This document shows positions 1-15,949 of a stretch of 64,000 bases of DNA, piece after piece; position 1 is the first letter of the stretch, and each line of letters opens with the position of its first letter. The stretch is from Chrysomallon squamiferum (taxonomy: Eukaryota; Animalia; Mollusca): NCBI GenBank assembly GCA_012295275.1, contig CM022675.1:4154001-4218000 (forward strand), in the 5' to 3' direction. Position numbers and translations under genes: made by a program. The notes under the pieces were generated by a model. The model was not told the origin of the DNA, did not search any database, and saw only the letters and a list, made by a program, of their open reading frames with translations.

Positions 1-56
1 TGACAGTCAAATTACTTTAGTTCTGCGTTTGATCGCAGCAGTAACAAATACGTTAC

Positions 57-163
57 TTTTGTTCTGTGGAAAGCCGTAACCGCCAATAATCCGTATAAAC
101 AAATCCATAGGACATTTTCTCTGTTTCAGTTGTCACGTCCCAGTTTTGATCAATAGAATTCAT
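57..163 (-). CDS. Possible first coding exon of a gene running off the left edge (MNSIDQNWDVTTETEKMSYGFVYTDYWRLRLSTEQ...)
   Basis: ATG at 163, open frame to a GTAACG donor at 56, non-repetitive sequence, YY1-like motif about 125 bp upstream. No homology recognised. Confidence 0.3.
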
Positions 164-282
164 TTTTCATTTTCTGTATCGTTTGTCGTTTATTCATTGA
201 AAACAGTAATTTCTTCTGGTTAATTTTGAAAGATAAAAGGAATAAATGAAACACATTAGCAGTTACAAATTTGTTTTAAAAT

Positions 283-297
283 CAATATGGCGGCCAC
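283..297. promoter_or_regulatory. YY1-like motif (CAATATGGCGGCC), candidate housekeeping promoter
   Basis: Matches AANATGGCGGC; similar motifs at 43945, 60125-60140 and 62556. Confidence 0.35.
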
Positions 298-618
298 TTC
301 TGCTAGGATCTCGATGACATTTTTAACAATTGTGTAATAAATAATTAATTAATTAATATTAATTAATTAATTAACAATAATAATAATAATAATAGTAATA
401 ATAATACAAACAACAACAACAACAACAACAACAGCAACAGTATGTACTATTACTATTAATAGTAGTAGTAGTGGTAGTAGTAGTAGAAGTAGTAGTAGAT
501 GTAACAAAAGTAGAATAGTAGCAGTGGTAGCAGTAGTAGCAGCAATGGTAATACTAGTTACAGTTATTGCAGTTGTAGTAGTAGTAATAGTAGCAGCAGT
601 TGCTCTAGTGGCAGCAGC

Positions 619-664
<46 letters not shown>

Positions 665-1136
665 ATAGTAGTAGTTCTGCAACAGAATCAATATTTTCTG
701 TTCTTTATTTTCTTAATTAAGTAATGAATAATTAACAATCTAATTTCAGAGACGAGACAATGAAGTACACGTCATAGCGGTATTAAATAATGTACATGCT
801 ACGTTACGTAATTAGCTACACACACTCATTCTATGTTGTTGAGTATTTATTTATTTATTTATTTATTTATTCATTTAGTTGTTCGTTTGTTTGTTTGTTT
901 TTATTATTTATTTATATACTTATTTTTTTTTCTATTTTTTTCTTTCATATTATATTATATTTTATTTATTTTTAATTTTTGGACTCATTATTTTCATTAT
1001 TATTATCATCATCATCATCATCATCATCATCGTTATTATTGTTATTGCTGTTGTTGTTGCTGTCGTTATTGTTATTATTATGGATGCTATTATTATTACA
1101 TACTATTGTTATTAATAAACAGTAGTATCTTATTGA

Positions 1137-1178
<42 letters not shown>

Positions 1179-2902
1179 GAAAAGCTAGTCATCATAACAA
1201 CACATTATTAATTATTTATGTTCCTGTCTCACAAAAACATACACCAACAAATTCCCGGTTATCATTTCTTTAATACAACCTTCTTTATCTTCTGTTATTG
1301 CAAAGATTCAGTCTCTACTCGTGTCACAAATTACGAGTGTATGGAGAGATACAATCACAGCTCGCAGTCATTTCTAGTTATCTACATCTCACAGGCAAAA
1401 CCAAGTTTCATTAATCTTAGATTTTACATCTTACTTTGTTCATTGTTAATTAAAACGTCATCTTCCATCTCCTTTTTTTTTTCAAAACTGGAAACAGAAC
1501 GTTTTGTAATATTTGTTCGTAAAGGTCTTGAGCGAATACAGAGAAATGAGAGAAATTATGTATGTATGTGTGTATGTATGTATGTATGTATGTATGTATG
1601 TATGTATGTATGTATGTATGTATGTATGTGTATGTATGTATGTATATATGTACTTATAATATTTATATATGATGTCATATATGTGGTTAATGACGACAGA
1701 TGTAACTAGAGAGGAAACCCGATTCAGGACTTACTCTTTTCTAAGCGCCTTACCACACACAGGAAACAACATTCCACGTACTGAAATGGGATACAATTTG
1801 AAAAGAAAAGAAAAGAAAAGAAAAGAAAAGAAAGAACAAAGGATAGAATGAAAATGAATAAAGGATAGAATTTGTAAAACAAACTTCATAAACTCTGTTC
1901 TTTATTTGAAAGCATATATCTGCCAGGAATTACGTTATTTCGAAAAATAAAAAGTAAATTATCTTCAAATGGGCCTCAAAACTAAGAAGGAATAAACCAA
2001 AAAAACAAAATAAACATAAAAAAACAACAACAACAACGAAATGATAATTATGTACAGAATTAGCTAGACAGACGGATAGATGGATGGTGTAGAGAGACTG
2101 AAATTGAGCTAGACATATACATACATACATACATTATATATATATATATAAATGGATAACGTAGTCACATATATATATGTATATATATATTACTGATAAT
2201 ATGTTAGATAGATATATTGATAGACAGACAGACAGACAGACAAGCAGGCAGACAGACAGGAGGTAGTATATATATACATATATAAATTTTAACTAGATAT
2301 AGTTTTTATTACGTGACTTTACAAAGATACAATATTTATTCAAACACGTTTTCTGTGACATTTAACAAATATGTTTTTCATCACTGCAGAACAACGCTTC
2401 TGTAATCTGACTCGGCCAACGGATATAAGAGGTACACGAAAACAGGTATGTTTACACACATGCCAAACACCGACTTCGTTTAGCGAGACTTCCTGACCTT
2501 GCACGTGCACCATGGATTAACCGTGCTGCTGCCCTACCGATAGTTTCTGTTCTCTGCACGTGAGGTTCGGGCACGTGCGTTCGGGTGAGATTGAGGTAAA
2601 TGTGTTCAAGGTGTTGTGTAAGGTGGGGATGCATGAATTTACAAATCCTGGTTCATCGTTTCTTGATAATTTGTTTTAATAAATGATCTCGTTCTGACTG
2701 CAATGTTACACTCAACACATTAGTGGCTTCCATTTTTAATTAACTTAAATCTTGACATCCAAGATGGTTGGTCTGAATTCTTTAATTGAAATAAACAGTG
2801 TATATATAAATATATATATATATATATAAAGAAGAAAAAAAGAAGACGAAAAAAAAAAGAGTTAAGCCTTGATTTTCTGATGACAAAAAGACTTTCCTAG
2901 AC

Positions 2903-2903
2903 T

Positions 2904-2968
<65 letters not shown>

Positions 2969-3050
2969 AGTAGTAGTAAAGAGTAGTAGTAGTAGCAGTA
3001 GTAGTAGTAGTAGTAGCAGTAGCAGCAGTAGTAGTAGTAGTAGTAGTAGC

Positions 3051-3109
<59 letters not shown>

Positions 3110-3457
3110 CAGCAGTAGTAGTAGTAGTAGTAGCAGCAGTAGTAGTAGCAGCAGCAGTAGCAGCAGTAGCAGCAGTAGCAGTAGTAGCAGTAGTAGTAGT
3201 AGTAGTAGTAGCAGCAGTAGTAGCAGTAGTAGCAGTAGTAGTAGTAGTAGTAGTAGTAGCAGTAGTAGTAGTAGTAGTAGTAAGTAGTAGTAGTAGTAGT
3301 AGTAGCAGTAGTAGTAGTAGTAGTAGCAGTAGTATAGTAGTAGTAATTAGTAGTAGTAGCAGTAGTAGTAGCAGCAGTAGTAGTAGTAGTAGTGAAAAGT
3401 AAGTAGTAGTAGTAGTAGTAGTAGTTAAAAAGTAGTAGTACCAGCAGTAGTAGTAGC

Positions 3458-3490
<33 letters not shown>

Positions 3491-3491
3491 C

Positions 3492-3522
<31 letters not shown>

Positions 3523-3535
3523 AAGTAGTAGTGTT
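2903..3535. repeat. (AGT)n/(AGC)n trinucleotide microsatellite array
   Basis: Directly visible; source of the poly-Y/T/C ORF 2782-3612. Confidence 0.95.
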
Positions 3536-3544
3536 GGTTGCAAG

Positions 3545-3686
3545 CGCTCGGGGCAAGACAAGTACTGCGCCCTCTGATCCGTGCAAATTAGCCATCCCAG
3601 ATCATCTTCCACTAATCCAGTAGTGACCCTAAGAGTTTAGTGCCCGGGGCAACCACCCCTGTATCCCCCACCCTCGCTACCCCAGT
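3545..3686. mobile_element. Degenerate GC-rich MITE-like fragment
   Basis: GCGCTCGGGGCAA and GTGCCCGGGGCAA internal repeats, ending CCCTCGCTACCCCAGT, which resembles MITE termini; inserted within AGT repeats. Confidence 0.3.
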
Positions 3687-3898
3687 CAGTAGTAGCAGCA
3701 GCAGCAGCAGAGGTAGCAGTAGTAATTGTTGTTTCAGGGGTAGTAGCCGTAATGATAGTGATGATAGCAGTAGGAGAAGTAGTGGTGGTAGTAGTCACAG
3801 TAGCAACAGCAGTACAGTAGTGGTGTAGGAAGTCGTTATGAAGGTGATTTTATTACAAAATTAATAATTAATGAAATATATTTAATTGTTTGCCTAAT

Positions 3899-4518
<620 letters not shown>

Positions 4519-4819
4519 CAAAACAGAAATACTAACAATCTCACTGACTTTGATGTTTGATTTACGTGTCTAGTTGCTAACGAGGACAAATTACAGACAG
4601 CTCTCAGTTTGCCTCTTATTAATTCACTGATAAATTGATGTTTTCACATCTCCTAACACAACAGAATTCTACGTCTGATACATTGATTATAGTTCACAGG
4701 TATCTCAACACCAGTGTGTAACTCAAATAATGCATCAATGAAAGAACAAGCAAACGAAGAAAAAAGAAGATATAAAGAAATCTTTTTTTTAATATTTTTA
4801 ATTCTTTCTTTCTTTCGTT

Positions 4820-4850
<31 letters not shown>

Positions 4851-5602
4851 TGGACTTACGTATCGATCAACAAAAACAGTTTCCCCCTTTTTTTCCCTTA
4901 AGCAGGATAGTATATACCTTACACTTTGATTCAAACTGAAGTCATATGGTTTAATCAAAATGTATTCTATTGTGATGTGTTATATAGTGTTGTTATTGTT
5001 GTTGCTTTTGGACAATACAAACAAATTCCCAAATTTGTAGCTATCTAAAAATACATAAAAGTTAACATTTATCTGTCTCCTATACATGTATATATACGGT
5101 AATCACAAAAACATCAGTTTCTGTCGCGCCAAGATTTTTTATATTTGTACGTTTCAAGACAGATGTTCTTACTATCAGACAACCACCTTGTAAAATACAA
5201 CTGTTTTTTACTTTTTCTATACATATCCATCATCATCACAATCATCATTATCATCATCATATTAACATTTATATCATCATGACTAGTTTAATAAAATATT
5301 ACAAACCAGTTCAGCTTATCAAACTGAATAACAGAATGAACAATAAGTATGCGAGATGTCTGGTAAGTAAGAATCCATGTGAAGTAAACACAAAGATGCT
5401 GGTTGAATGAGATATAAAAATATCAAGTACGCTTGTAAATTATATAGTTCTGCTAGGAAAATAAATAGCTAAGTCTTTTAATATAACGTTGTTTTTGTTG
5501 TTTTCCTTTATTTTTCTGTTTTATTTTTATTTTATTTTGTTTTGTTTTATTTATTTATAAACATCATTGTCGTCGTTGTAGTAGTTGTTGTTGTTATTAT
5601 TA

Positions 5603-5637
<35 letters not shown>

Positions 5638-5775
5638 CTGACTGATTGTTGTTTTTTATTTATTTTTGTATTTATTTATTTATAATTGCTTTATTTGATT
5701 TAATTGTTTTTATTAGTTTTTGTTTTTGTTTGCTGGCGTTTCTGTTTGTGATATTTATTATTATTATTATTATTA

Positions 5776-5840
<65 letters not shown>

Positions 5841-6218
5841 GTCATTGTTGATTTATTGTCAAGTCAAAACTGGTTTTCCCAAACTGTTAAATCAAATGAT
5901 GTTTTTAACACAAAAATATCTAAACATTAAAATGTGTTGGCGGATAATTATACAAACATTCCTTCATTCATTTATTCATTCAGTCATTTATTTATTTAGT
6001 CAGTGTTTTGTATGAAAAAAGCACCCAGACACCTTTAAACGGTATTCATGAATTTATTAACACTATAGTGTATCATTAAATGTATAAAACAAATAAATAA
6101 ATTATTGATTATTCAGGCAATAAGGATAAAACAAAATATTTCTCTCTTTCAAGCATGAAGCAAAAGAAACATTAAAAAACCAAACAGACAAAAACCACGA
6201 TGAGAATAAAGAAAAAAA

Positions 6219-6250
<32 letters not shown>

Positions 6251-6261
6251 AAAAAATATTG

Positions 6262-6400
6262 ATTCGTCTGCAGTAGACAGATGTCCGCACGCGCTGCTTC
6301 CGGAAGTGATATATCTATCCGCGGATGAGCGGAAGGACACGGCGGTTGTTCGGAACGCAGATCGGCCAATGGGGACCGCGGTTACAAATGAGTGTTGTCT
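6262..6400. promoter_or_regulatory. CpG-rich promoter-like island with a palindromic ETS site and a CCAAT box
   Basis: CTTCCGGAAGTG at about 6297-6308, GCGGAAG at about 6329, GGCCAATG at about 6364, and many CpGs against an AT-rich background. Confidence 0.55.
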
Positions 6401-6695
6401 GTGAAAACAGCCAGCTTGTTAAATTTTCACATTTCGTTCTGTTGAAGTAAATACACGAGAATCGTGCACCTATGTGATCATGTTGTCAGTTTAAATATTA
6501 TTTTTTCCGCCATTTTGTTTACCACCACAGATAACAGAACTTTATTTTCTGTTTATGTCATTTATCTGTGGAAGCAGTTTTTACATGTGAAATCGACTGT
6601 GGATGAATTCAGTTGCGAAACTAAAAAGAGTCGAAATTTATTTAACTGAAAAATCGGTATTGAAAAACCTTGCACGTTTAAGAAACAATATTTAT

Positions 6696-6732
<37 letters not shown>

Positions 6733-7040
6733 AAGTATAGGATAAAAGTCAAACTAAAATAAAAGTACGCAATATATGTTTTTTTTTAATCACTAGACTA
6801 TGTTTCAACAGATGCTGCGCCGCACTGATAAGAATTAATTGACTGGTGTCTATGAGAATGAGAACCAGTCTAATAACATTAACACTGCTTCTTAGAATTG
6901 CAGACTTTGATAAAATCGAGTAAGAACAGTTGTGAAAATGAAATTTAATTTAAAAATCTGACGTTGTTAGAGTTTAAAACAGAGTTTGAAAAACCTAGTG
7001 ACGATTTATTGAAATCTGAAAATCTACTAGCCTGACATAT

Positions 7041-7157
<117 letters not shown>

Positions 7158-7559
7158 CACAGAAAGATAGAGAGAAAATTATAGAGACAAAGCTTTCCTT
7201 TTCAGAATTAAATATTTCTAACCAGATTACGGTAAACTGATTTTTAATTTACACTTTGATATTCTTGCCAACAATTTTTTTTTTTTTTAATATCTCTCCT
7301 TTTCGTTGTCAGTAAACTCAAATCAGTTTGACATTTATATCGCGTCACTACTGATAAACCATTTTATTTTACAATTTAGACAGGCTTGTACAGCGGGATC
7401 AATAGAATTTCATGATTTATTTATGAATGCTTAATTTATTTAGTCATGCGTTTACGACAAAGGCAATTACAACATAGTTCTCTATATAGCGATTGTTAAA
7501 ACAATTATATGTGTGCATGTGTGAATTTTTGAATAGATTTGTGTGTGGGTGTGTATCTG

Positions 7560-7590
<31 letters not shown>

Positions 7591-7599
7591 GTCTATCTA

Positions 7600-7654
<55 letters not shown>

Positions 7655-7659
7655 GTATG

Positions 7660-7708
<49 letters not shown>

Positions 7709-8614
7709 GTCTGTATGTATATGTGAATTTTTCAATATATGTATATATGTGTGTGTATATTTGTATGATTTTTGTTTATTATTACTGTTAGTGTTGTTAT
7801 TATTATTATGATCATTATCATCATCATCATCATTATAAATTGTTCGAAGCAAAGCTTGTTTAATTGTTTTGTTGACGTTCACGGTGATGCTGCTGTTATT
7901 TCGGTGAACACTCACTGAAATTTCAGCATCTTCAAACAAAACGAGCAGAATATTTATTAATTTTTCTGACGCAGACAATAAATAAAAACTCCAAAAATAA
8001 TTTCTTTTTTTCTTTTTCTTCTTCTTTTTTTTTATTTTTTTTTATTATTATTTTTTTTAAATTTGGTCACTACTTGTGTACGTGATGACAGAGAGAAATC
8101 AAAAAGCTATTTCCTACACCTCAGTCAGAACATCAAACAGACTTCAGTTGTCTCGCGGCGGTTTCTTCCAAAAACTCTCCAACCTCCAGGACAGATGCGC
8201 CGCGAAATGTCACCCTCCTTTGAGGTTTCTAATCAGCCTCGCGCGAGTTGAGGTTCCTCTTCGTCATTAGCCAGAAAAAAAGGAAGAAGAAGAAGAAGAA
8301 AAAGAAGAAGAAGCCAGCGTTTAGCGTCGCTCGCCAGACAAAAGCAATCAAACAACGACAGCGACGTTTAACACGTTGTGAAAGAAAGCGAGGTCCGCTG
8401 ATTGTTGTTTTAATTATTAACGAAACAACCGAGTCCTAATTGTAACCCTTCTGTGCCTTACACATATTTCTGTCTGCTGCTTTGAGATTGGCTTTCAAGA
8501 AAGTAACTATGTAAGTAAGTTAGCCATATAATAATCATAATTATGATGATGATGATAATGATGATGATGATGATGAAAAAAAAGAAGAAGAAGAAGGAGA
8601 AGGAAAATAACAGA

Positions 8615-8839
8615 AACAGTTGTGTCAGTAGTAGCAGCAGTAGTAGTAGTTGTAGTGGTAGTAATAGTAATGGTTTTAATTATGGTAGTAGTAGTAGTAA
8701 CAGTAGCAGTAGTAGTGGTTGTAGTAGTAGCAGTACTGGTAGTAATAGTAATAGTTGTAGTAGTAGCAGTAGTAGTAGTAATAGCAGTAGCAGTAATAAT
8801 GGTAAGAGTAGTAGTAGTAGTAATAGTAGAAGAAATAGC

Positions 8840-8879
<40 letters not shown>

Positions 8880-8895
8880 ATGGTAAGAGTAGAAA

Positions 8896-8930
<35 letters not shown>

Positions 8931-8975
8931 CTAGTGGTGGTGGTGGTAGCAGCAGTAGAGGCAGTAGTAGTAGTA
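8615..8975. repeat. (AGT)n-rich degenerate microsatellite
   Basis: Directly visible; source of poly-S/V ORFs. Confidence 0.9.
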
Positions 8976-9946
8976 CTTTGGAGAGATATTTTTTAATTCC
9001 TTTGGCTCTGTTTCAAACTGTCAGGTTGCAGTGACATCTGTGATAAAATAACTAAAAACTCAACAATAACACAACTTCAGTTACCACCCTAATGAATACA
9101 AGCAAGCACACACACGTGTGTAAATAACGCTATTTATCCGGAAAAACTTCAATAGACAAAACACAAAACAGCAGATTCATTCTTGCAGCATGTAATGTAC
9201 ATAAACATTACCGGATGTGATTCGATACACTCACGTGACTAATCTAACGAATCAGCTGTTTACAGCATGGTGAAAAAAAAAATGGATACAGTTTAGTTTC
9301 CATCAAATCTGTGACATTTTAACCGTTTTATCAATTAAAGACGCGAACACACGTCCTCATATTTCCCGTTGACGTGAATCTGACATCCCTGAATATTCAT
9401 CGCGTATGAGACATTTGTCCTGAAAGGAAACGATCGATGGGAAGTTCTGTGTTAATTATTAAAGTGACGACAACTGGTTAAATACACTCAGATGGACTCA
9501 TTTATTTCTTTCAAGTCGACTTCATTCTTCTGCTAATGCCTGACAAACTGGATTTGTTACTTTTTAATTCAAACAAATCTACCGACTTCGCCACTCCATT
9601 CAACGAAACGAAGTGAAAGAAGATATATATATATATATATATATATCCATATATATTAAATAATAGTTAATTTACATGGTACAGAGAGACATAAATAGAG
9701 ACTTACTAAAACGACTACAGACAATGTGTACGTCTGTATTTCTATGAGAATCTCTATGTGTGTGTGTGAGAGAGAGAGGGGGATAGGAAAGCTGTATGTG
9801 TTTGTGCATGTGTATTAATGAGTGAGAAGAAAAACATTCAAATAGAATACAACAGGTTTAACTTTAGAAAACATAAAACAGAGTTGCAATACTTTGAAAA
9901 AGAATTGGTCTTCAATGAGCAGTCTAAATTTAAACAAACATGTGTA

Positions 9947-10087
<141 letters not shown>

Positions 10088-10625
10088 GTGTGTGTGTAAA
10101 TCCCAGATATTTGTTATTACTCGTTACCAATAAGTTCACGCTTTACTTGCTGGGTCTCGAGTGTTTGTTTTTCTGGAAGTAGGACAAACTGAATAACTTG
10201 ATACTGTCAAACATTCTCCAAATAACGATTCGAAATCGAAGTAGCTTTTATTTGTGACACGAGTAGCCTCTGAGCATTTGTCTTATCTCTGAACCAAATT
10301 ACTATATTTTAAGATTTTAATGCGAATCATATAAACACGTTTAATGTACTCTGTTTTCTATCTGTACATTAGTTTACTTATTACAACTTTTTTATATATA
10401 ATAAAATGTAATTTGGCATCTATCTGTAGATTTCATAATAACATAGAATATTTTACATACGAAAATATTTTCTATTCATTCATTTATTTCGTTTCTGAGC
10501 TTGAAATGATAAAGGGACTGATATGGTGGTTGCAATATGTATTTTATTAAGACAGTTATGATGATATAATTAGGATATAATGATGATGATGATGACTGTA
10601 AAAAATGCACGTGACATTAAAAGTC

Positions 10626-10714
<89 letters not shown>

Positions 10715-12171
10715 AGTGAAAGATAAAGACAGAGAGATAAAATGTGTAAAAAAACATCACGTGACGGAATGAAACTGACGAATAAACAAAAACTAGAACT
10801 GAAGTGACAGACAGACGGACAGAAAGAAAAGAGAGCTGACAATTAACGTTATTAAATCAGTGAAAGAAGAAAATTCTCTCTCTGCTTCACTTCGTCCGAA
10901 AACTAATCTCAGTTTGCTTTGCAAACAGAACCGTCAACTAATGAGAGAGTCCGGCCTTTGAGATGTCCGAACTGACCAATCAGTGTCAGACCTTTCACCA
11001 GTCAACCTAAATTCAGTAACTGAATTCTGATGGGAACAAGGAACACGAAAGAATTTCGAGTCTGTGTAAGAACAGCCAGGAAGAGAAATTTTCAAAAAAA
11101 ACACCAAAAAAAAAAAAAAAAAAAAAAAAAAAAGAAATCCCACACAAAAATAAAACATGATTTTGATTAGGTTGGAGTCAATGAATTGTTTTTTTTAAAT
11201 TTATTTTATCATGACTATTTTCTGTATGTTGTTAAGTTTAAAATAAAAGTATGTAGATGCGTGTATGTAAAGCTGACTTCAATGACGTCATCACGTAAGA
11301 TTACTGTGGTATACTGCTAAAGACATCGGTCAAAGGTTATAAATAGTGAACGAATGATCTCTTAAAAAGTAATTCAAATTCTGTAATCAGATATTCACCT
11401 TTATAAGAACAATAATTAAGTGCATTTTGTGTATATATATATCTTTTTGTATGTATGTGTGTGTGTAAGTATATGTGTATATATATGTTGTGTAAACGTG
11501 TATATGAGTGTATGTATATTTTACGTGTCTGTTTGTGAGTGAGTGTGTGTGTGTATGTAAATATGTGTGTGTGTCTGTGTGTATTACCCGGCAGTCAAGG
11601 GTACAGAATGTTAGCACTGAATACAACTCTGAATCACTTGTACCTGTAGCCGACTCGAACCCAGTTCGGACCAGAACAAAACACATTTGACTGTGATACT
11701 GATACACAAAGAACAAATAATTAACACAGTTTTTAAATTATCTCGGTCACTGACCTTCCACTATTAAACTCAATACAAAAGCATACACTTTATAAATAAT
11801 TAATTGAAGAAACCTAAAACAGGCCTCTGAAGGATGATTAAAGTTAAGACGTGGGCCTTAATAAGGTTAAGGAAAAACAGATACGAGACAAAGCTAAACA
11901 TCGTTACTGTAATTCTTCGAACTAAACGTTTAACATACCAACAATAATACTTTAACCAGCAGACGATTTAGTGGTTAAGTGGAGTTAAGTGAAGTTATGG
12001 TTAAGCCATTTATCACGTGACTCTAGGTAGTGGGATCTCTTCATGCTATCGGTATTTATCAAGAGTTAACTAGTTAAACATTACACCATTACATCATCAT
12101 CAACATCAACATCATCATAATCGTCGTCGTCATCGTTATCAGGATTTGCTCTCTCAGTCTGTTTCTGGTTT

Positions 12172-12262
<91 letters not shown>

Positions 12263-12983
12263 CTCTCTTTGGTTTCTTTTTTCATCTCATTATTTCCACA
12301 TGTCCTGACATGACCTTACACGGACTCCATTACTTTGTTACGTCATCAGTGATTGGTCAAACTCGATAACAGCGGTTACCACACAAAGTGATCGAATAAC
12401 TCCCAACCACGCACAGACTAAAACCTTCGGAAACGAAAAACAAAACTGTAGTTTATAAAGCTAATTACGGACCAAGCAATCAGCAAACACATCAAATCCT
12501 CTCTCTCTCACTCTGTTCCAAGTCTTTCAGCGGTCTCCTGTGACCCAGGGAGGGAATTAGAAAGTACGTCTGCGGTCCGCGTTTTGGCACGACCGCCTCT
12601 CCAAGGCGGATAACTCTGATTTCTTTTTGGCGGCTGGGAACGAAAGCGGCGTGTTGGTGACGTGGGACAGATTCGATTATTTTCCAATTTCCTCCGTGTC
12701 ACCGGGAATCAGGGAAAGAACTTCACAGTGTTCGCCATCAGCACCACTTTTTGTTCAGGGTTCTTATGTGTTGGCTACAGTTAAAGACTTAATGAAAACA
12801 CTCCGTGACGTCTTAAAGTCCACTGACGTCATTTTTATTCTGTTTCTTGTTTTGTAGTAATTTCCGTCGTGTTTTGAATCTTGTGTGAATTACTGTACGA
12901 TTTATTTTATTTTATTTTATGGTTTAGATACTTAACGCAGCAGTAACGTTTAGAACAACAACAACAACCAAATAATATATATA

Positions 12984-13014
<31 letters not shown>

Positions 13015-13983
13015 GTAAAATACCTAATATTTCCAGATAATCTGTCCACTAATAGATCGATTTATACATACATACAAACATATATACATACATACATATA
13101 AAATCAATACCTACATACATGCATACACAGAATATGATATAAGAAAAAAGCAAAGACAATAAAAAAAAAAAAAAAATGAAACAGACGATAAATAAATAAA
13201 CATAGAAAGACTCTAAAGTACAAAGATGACAAACAAAACACTCCAAAGAAAAGAAAACAAAAGAAAAACTGAAAAACTGTTTTTTTCTTTCACACAAAAG
13301 GTCAGTTTATCAGCACGATCATTGAGCTGCTTAAGAAACGTGTTTATCTTTGATGCAGCCAGCCATTCAGAAAGTATGGGCACAGATAATATTTAGTTAC
13401 ACTGCCTTAGCAACAACGACAACAACGGCACGCAAACAAGTTTATTTTTGTTCTGCAGTTATTGACAGGTTCTGACGGCGATGTCGAAGGAAGTGTTTCT
13501 CTCTCCACTCAAAGGACAGCGATTACAAACGACAACAACGACGTCAACAGCGAACGCGGAAGTAATGTTTCTATTCTAAAGTACAACGAGGTCGCTGCCT
13601 TCATTACAGTTAACATCGTCATTGTTATCGATCATTTCATTATCATCAGCAACGTTATTATTATTATCGTTCGTATCATCATTATTTAATTATCATTGTC
13701 ATAACTTTTTTTTATAAATACTAAAGGTAATGACGCCATTGTCCCTATTAAGAACAGCAGCATAATGTTACCAATGCCGTCATCATCATCAACATGCACT
13801 GAAATAGATGACTGTCACAACTTAAAGTACAACGACGTAAAGTAATTGACATCACTTGCAAGTCACGGTTACATCCTGTGTGTGCGTGTGTGTGTGTGTC
13901 TGTTACTCTTCTTCGTTTTATTATTATTATTATGGTTGTTATTGTTGTTATCATCGTCATTATCATCATCATTATTATTATTA

Positions 13984-14042
<59 letters not shown>

Positions 14043-14612
14043 TAAATCTTGTATTTCGTTTATCAAAGTAAAAAAAAAAAAAGGAAGGAAGGAATTAAAA
14101 ACAATTATGCAAAAATGAACTTCCCATCAGCCTAGATGTGTTTTCAAACTAAACATGCCTCACATCGGTCACGTCTGAACTCTTCAACCTGCGTCTGACG
14201 TCATCGCTACCTTAATGAAAATGAGTTGTTTAGACAATCGTATCCAGCCGCATACGTCATCAACACGTGGATGATTGAGCTAATTATAGCTGAACTTAAT
14301 TTACAGTTTACACACACGATTACAAATCTCTCGACGTGTCTGGCGAATTAGGGGAAAATATGTAAACCCACAAAATAAAATTAAAAAAAATAATAATAAT
14401 AATAAATAAATAAATAAATAATAAAAATAAAAAACGAAGTCTAATTAACGAATCAACTAATTTTATGTTCAGTTAAGATTTGAGATAAAATGGTAATGAT
14501 GTTATTCACGATTTGTTGTTTGGTTAATATCATATCTTTTACCAGTGAAGTTTGTCCAAACCGGCTTCTGTCAGTTGCGGACTTTTGTGTAAACTGTAAC
14601 ACCACCACCACC

Positions 14613-14647
<35 letters not shown>

Positions 14648-15532
14648 TAATAATAATTTAGATTTCTATATTCAAGTATAGTTTAAGTTCTTAAAGACAT
14701 TATGGGGGACTCCCTGTATTAAGTCATGCAGAAACGTAAATCTTAAACTCAACTGATATCTAACTCGAACGGATACTGGGACAAAAATAGAAATTATAAT
14801 CTATCACAACCATCCGTCCGAAGACGATATGAACTGAAGTGTTTGGTCAAATAAGCGGAGAAGTGACCTGACAAGCAAGACAGCACGTACCAAAGATTCT
14901 GCCTGAAACAGAAAGAGTCAGAAAAGATTAAAAAAAACCACGGGAGAATTGAACGCGAACTGTCGACTACGTTTCCTTCTTCTAAAATCAACAGAAGTCG
15001 TTCCACGTACAAACCTCGTCAAACATTTCTAACAGCGAAACGTGTCCAGACATGAACTGAAAAATCATCTGCATCGATCCTCGTCTTCCCACAATTCAAA
15101 GCTCAGATGATCCGTGGTGTGTCGGGGAATCTGCAGATATCTCGTTTTCGTTTCGTGGATCACGCTGCTGGACAAACATCTCACACTCAGACAAATGTCC
15201 TCTCAACAGCGCGTGGTGACGTGCGCGCGTTGTGTAATCACAAAATTACTTTGAAAGCCAAGAGTCTGAGATTAAGTGCAGATTTGTTAGTCGATAGATA
15301 GCTGTCGTGAAGCTGAATACAGGACAGACGTTCATACAGACAAGTACGTACAGTCAGTTGTAAAGATCGAGAAAGAGAAAGAGAAAGACAGAAAGAGAGA
15401 AACATATTAGACACGCTGAACATTGGTAACATTCAGCAGACACTTTAGATAGATACAGACAGGTAGATAATAAGGATAGACAGACAGACAAATAGATAGA
15501 TAGACAGATAGCTAGATAGGTAGGTAGGTAGG

Positions 15533-15564
<32 letters not shown>

Positions 15565-15949
15565 TAGATAGACATAGCTGGATGATAGACATAGACAGAA
15601 GATAGATAGATAGATAGATAGACAGACATATAGAAAGACAGATAGACATAAAGAGAGATAGACAGACATACTAGTAGCCATATATATATATATATATAGA
15701 TAGATAGATAGATAGATAGATTAGATGAATAGATAGATGGATGGATGGATGGATGGATGGACAGATAGATGATAAAGAAAAAGAGACTGGCAGAGGACAG
15801 AGAGAGAATCATTGCTAAAAAAAACCTAAATATGTTTGTGTATACGTCATACTTTAGAATTATACATCAAGGACAGATCAGGTCTGCAGAAAGAAAACAA
15901 TAGGAATGAATGTTATACAAAATGTCCTTAATTATAAATAACACACGAG

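Noticed and set aside
2782-3612. 276 aa poly-Tyr/Cys/Thr ORF
   Set aside because: Translation of an (ACT)n microsatellite.
12508-12857. GC-richer ORFs on both strands (64 aa and 76 aa)
   Set aside because: Non-ATG starts, no recognisable motif, no splice pair in the right phase for the 24310 exon; more likely regulatory sequence.
14794-15301. Candidate downstream exons for the membrane-protein gene (acceptors near 14903 and 15055)
   Set aside because: Phase-1 continuation gives short unremarkable peptides that stop quickly; cannot be supported without RNA data.
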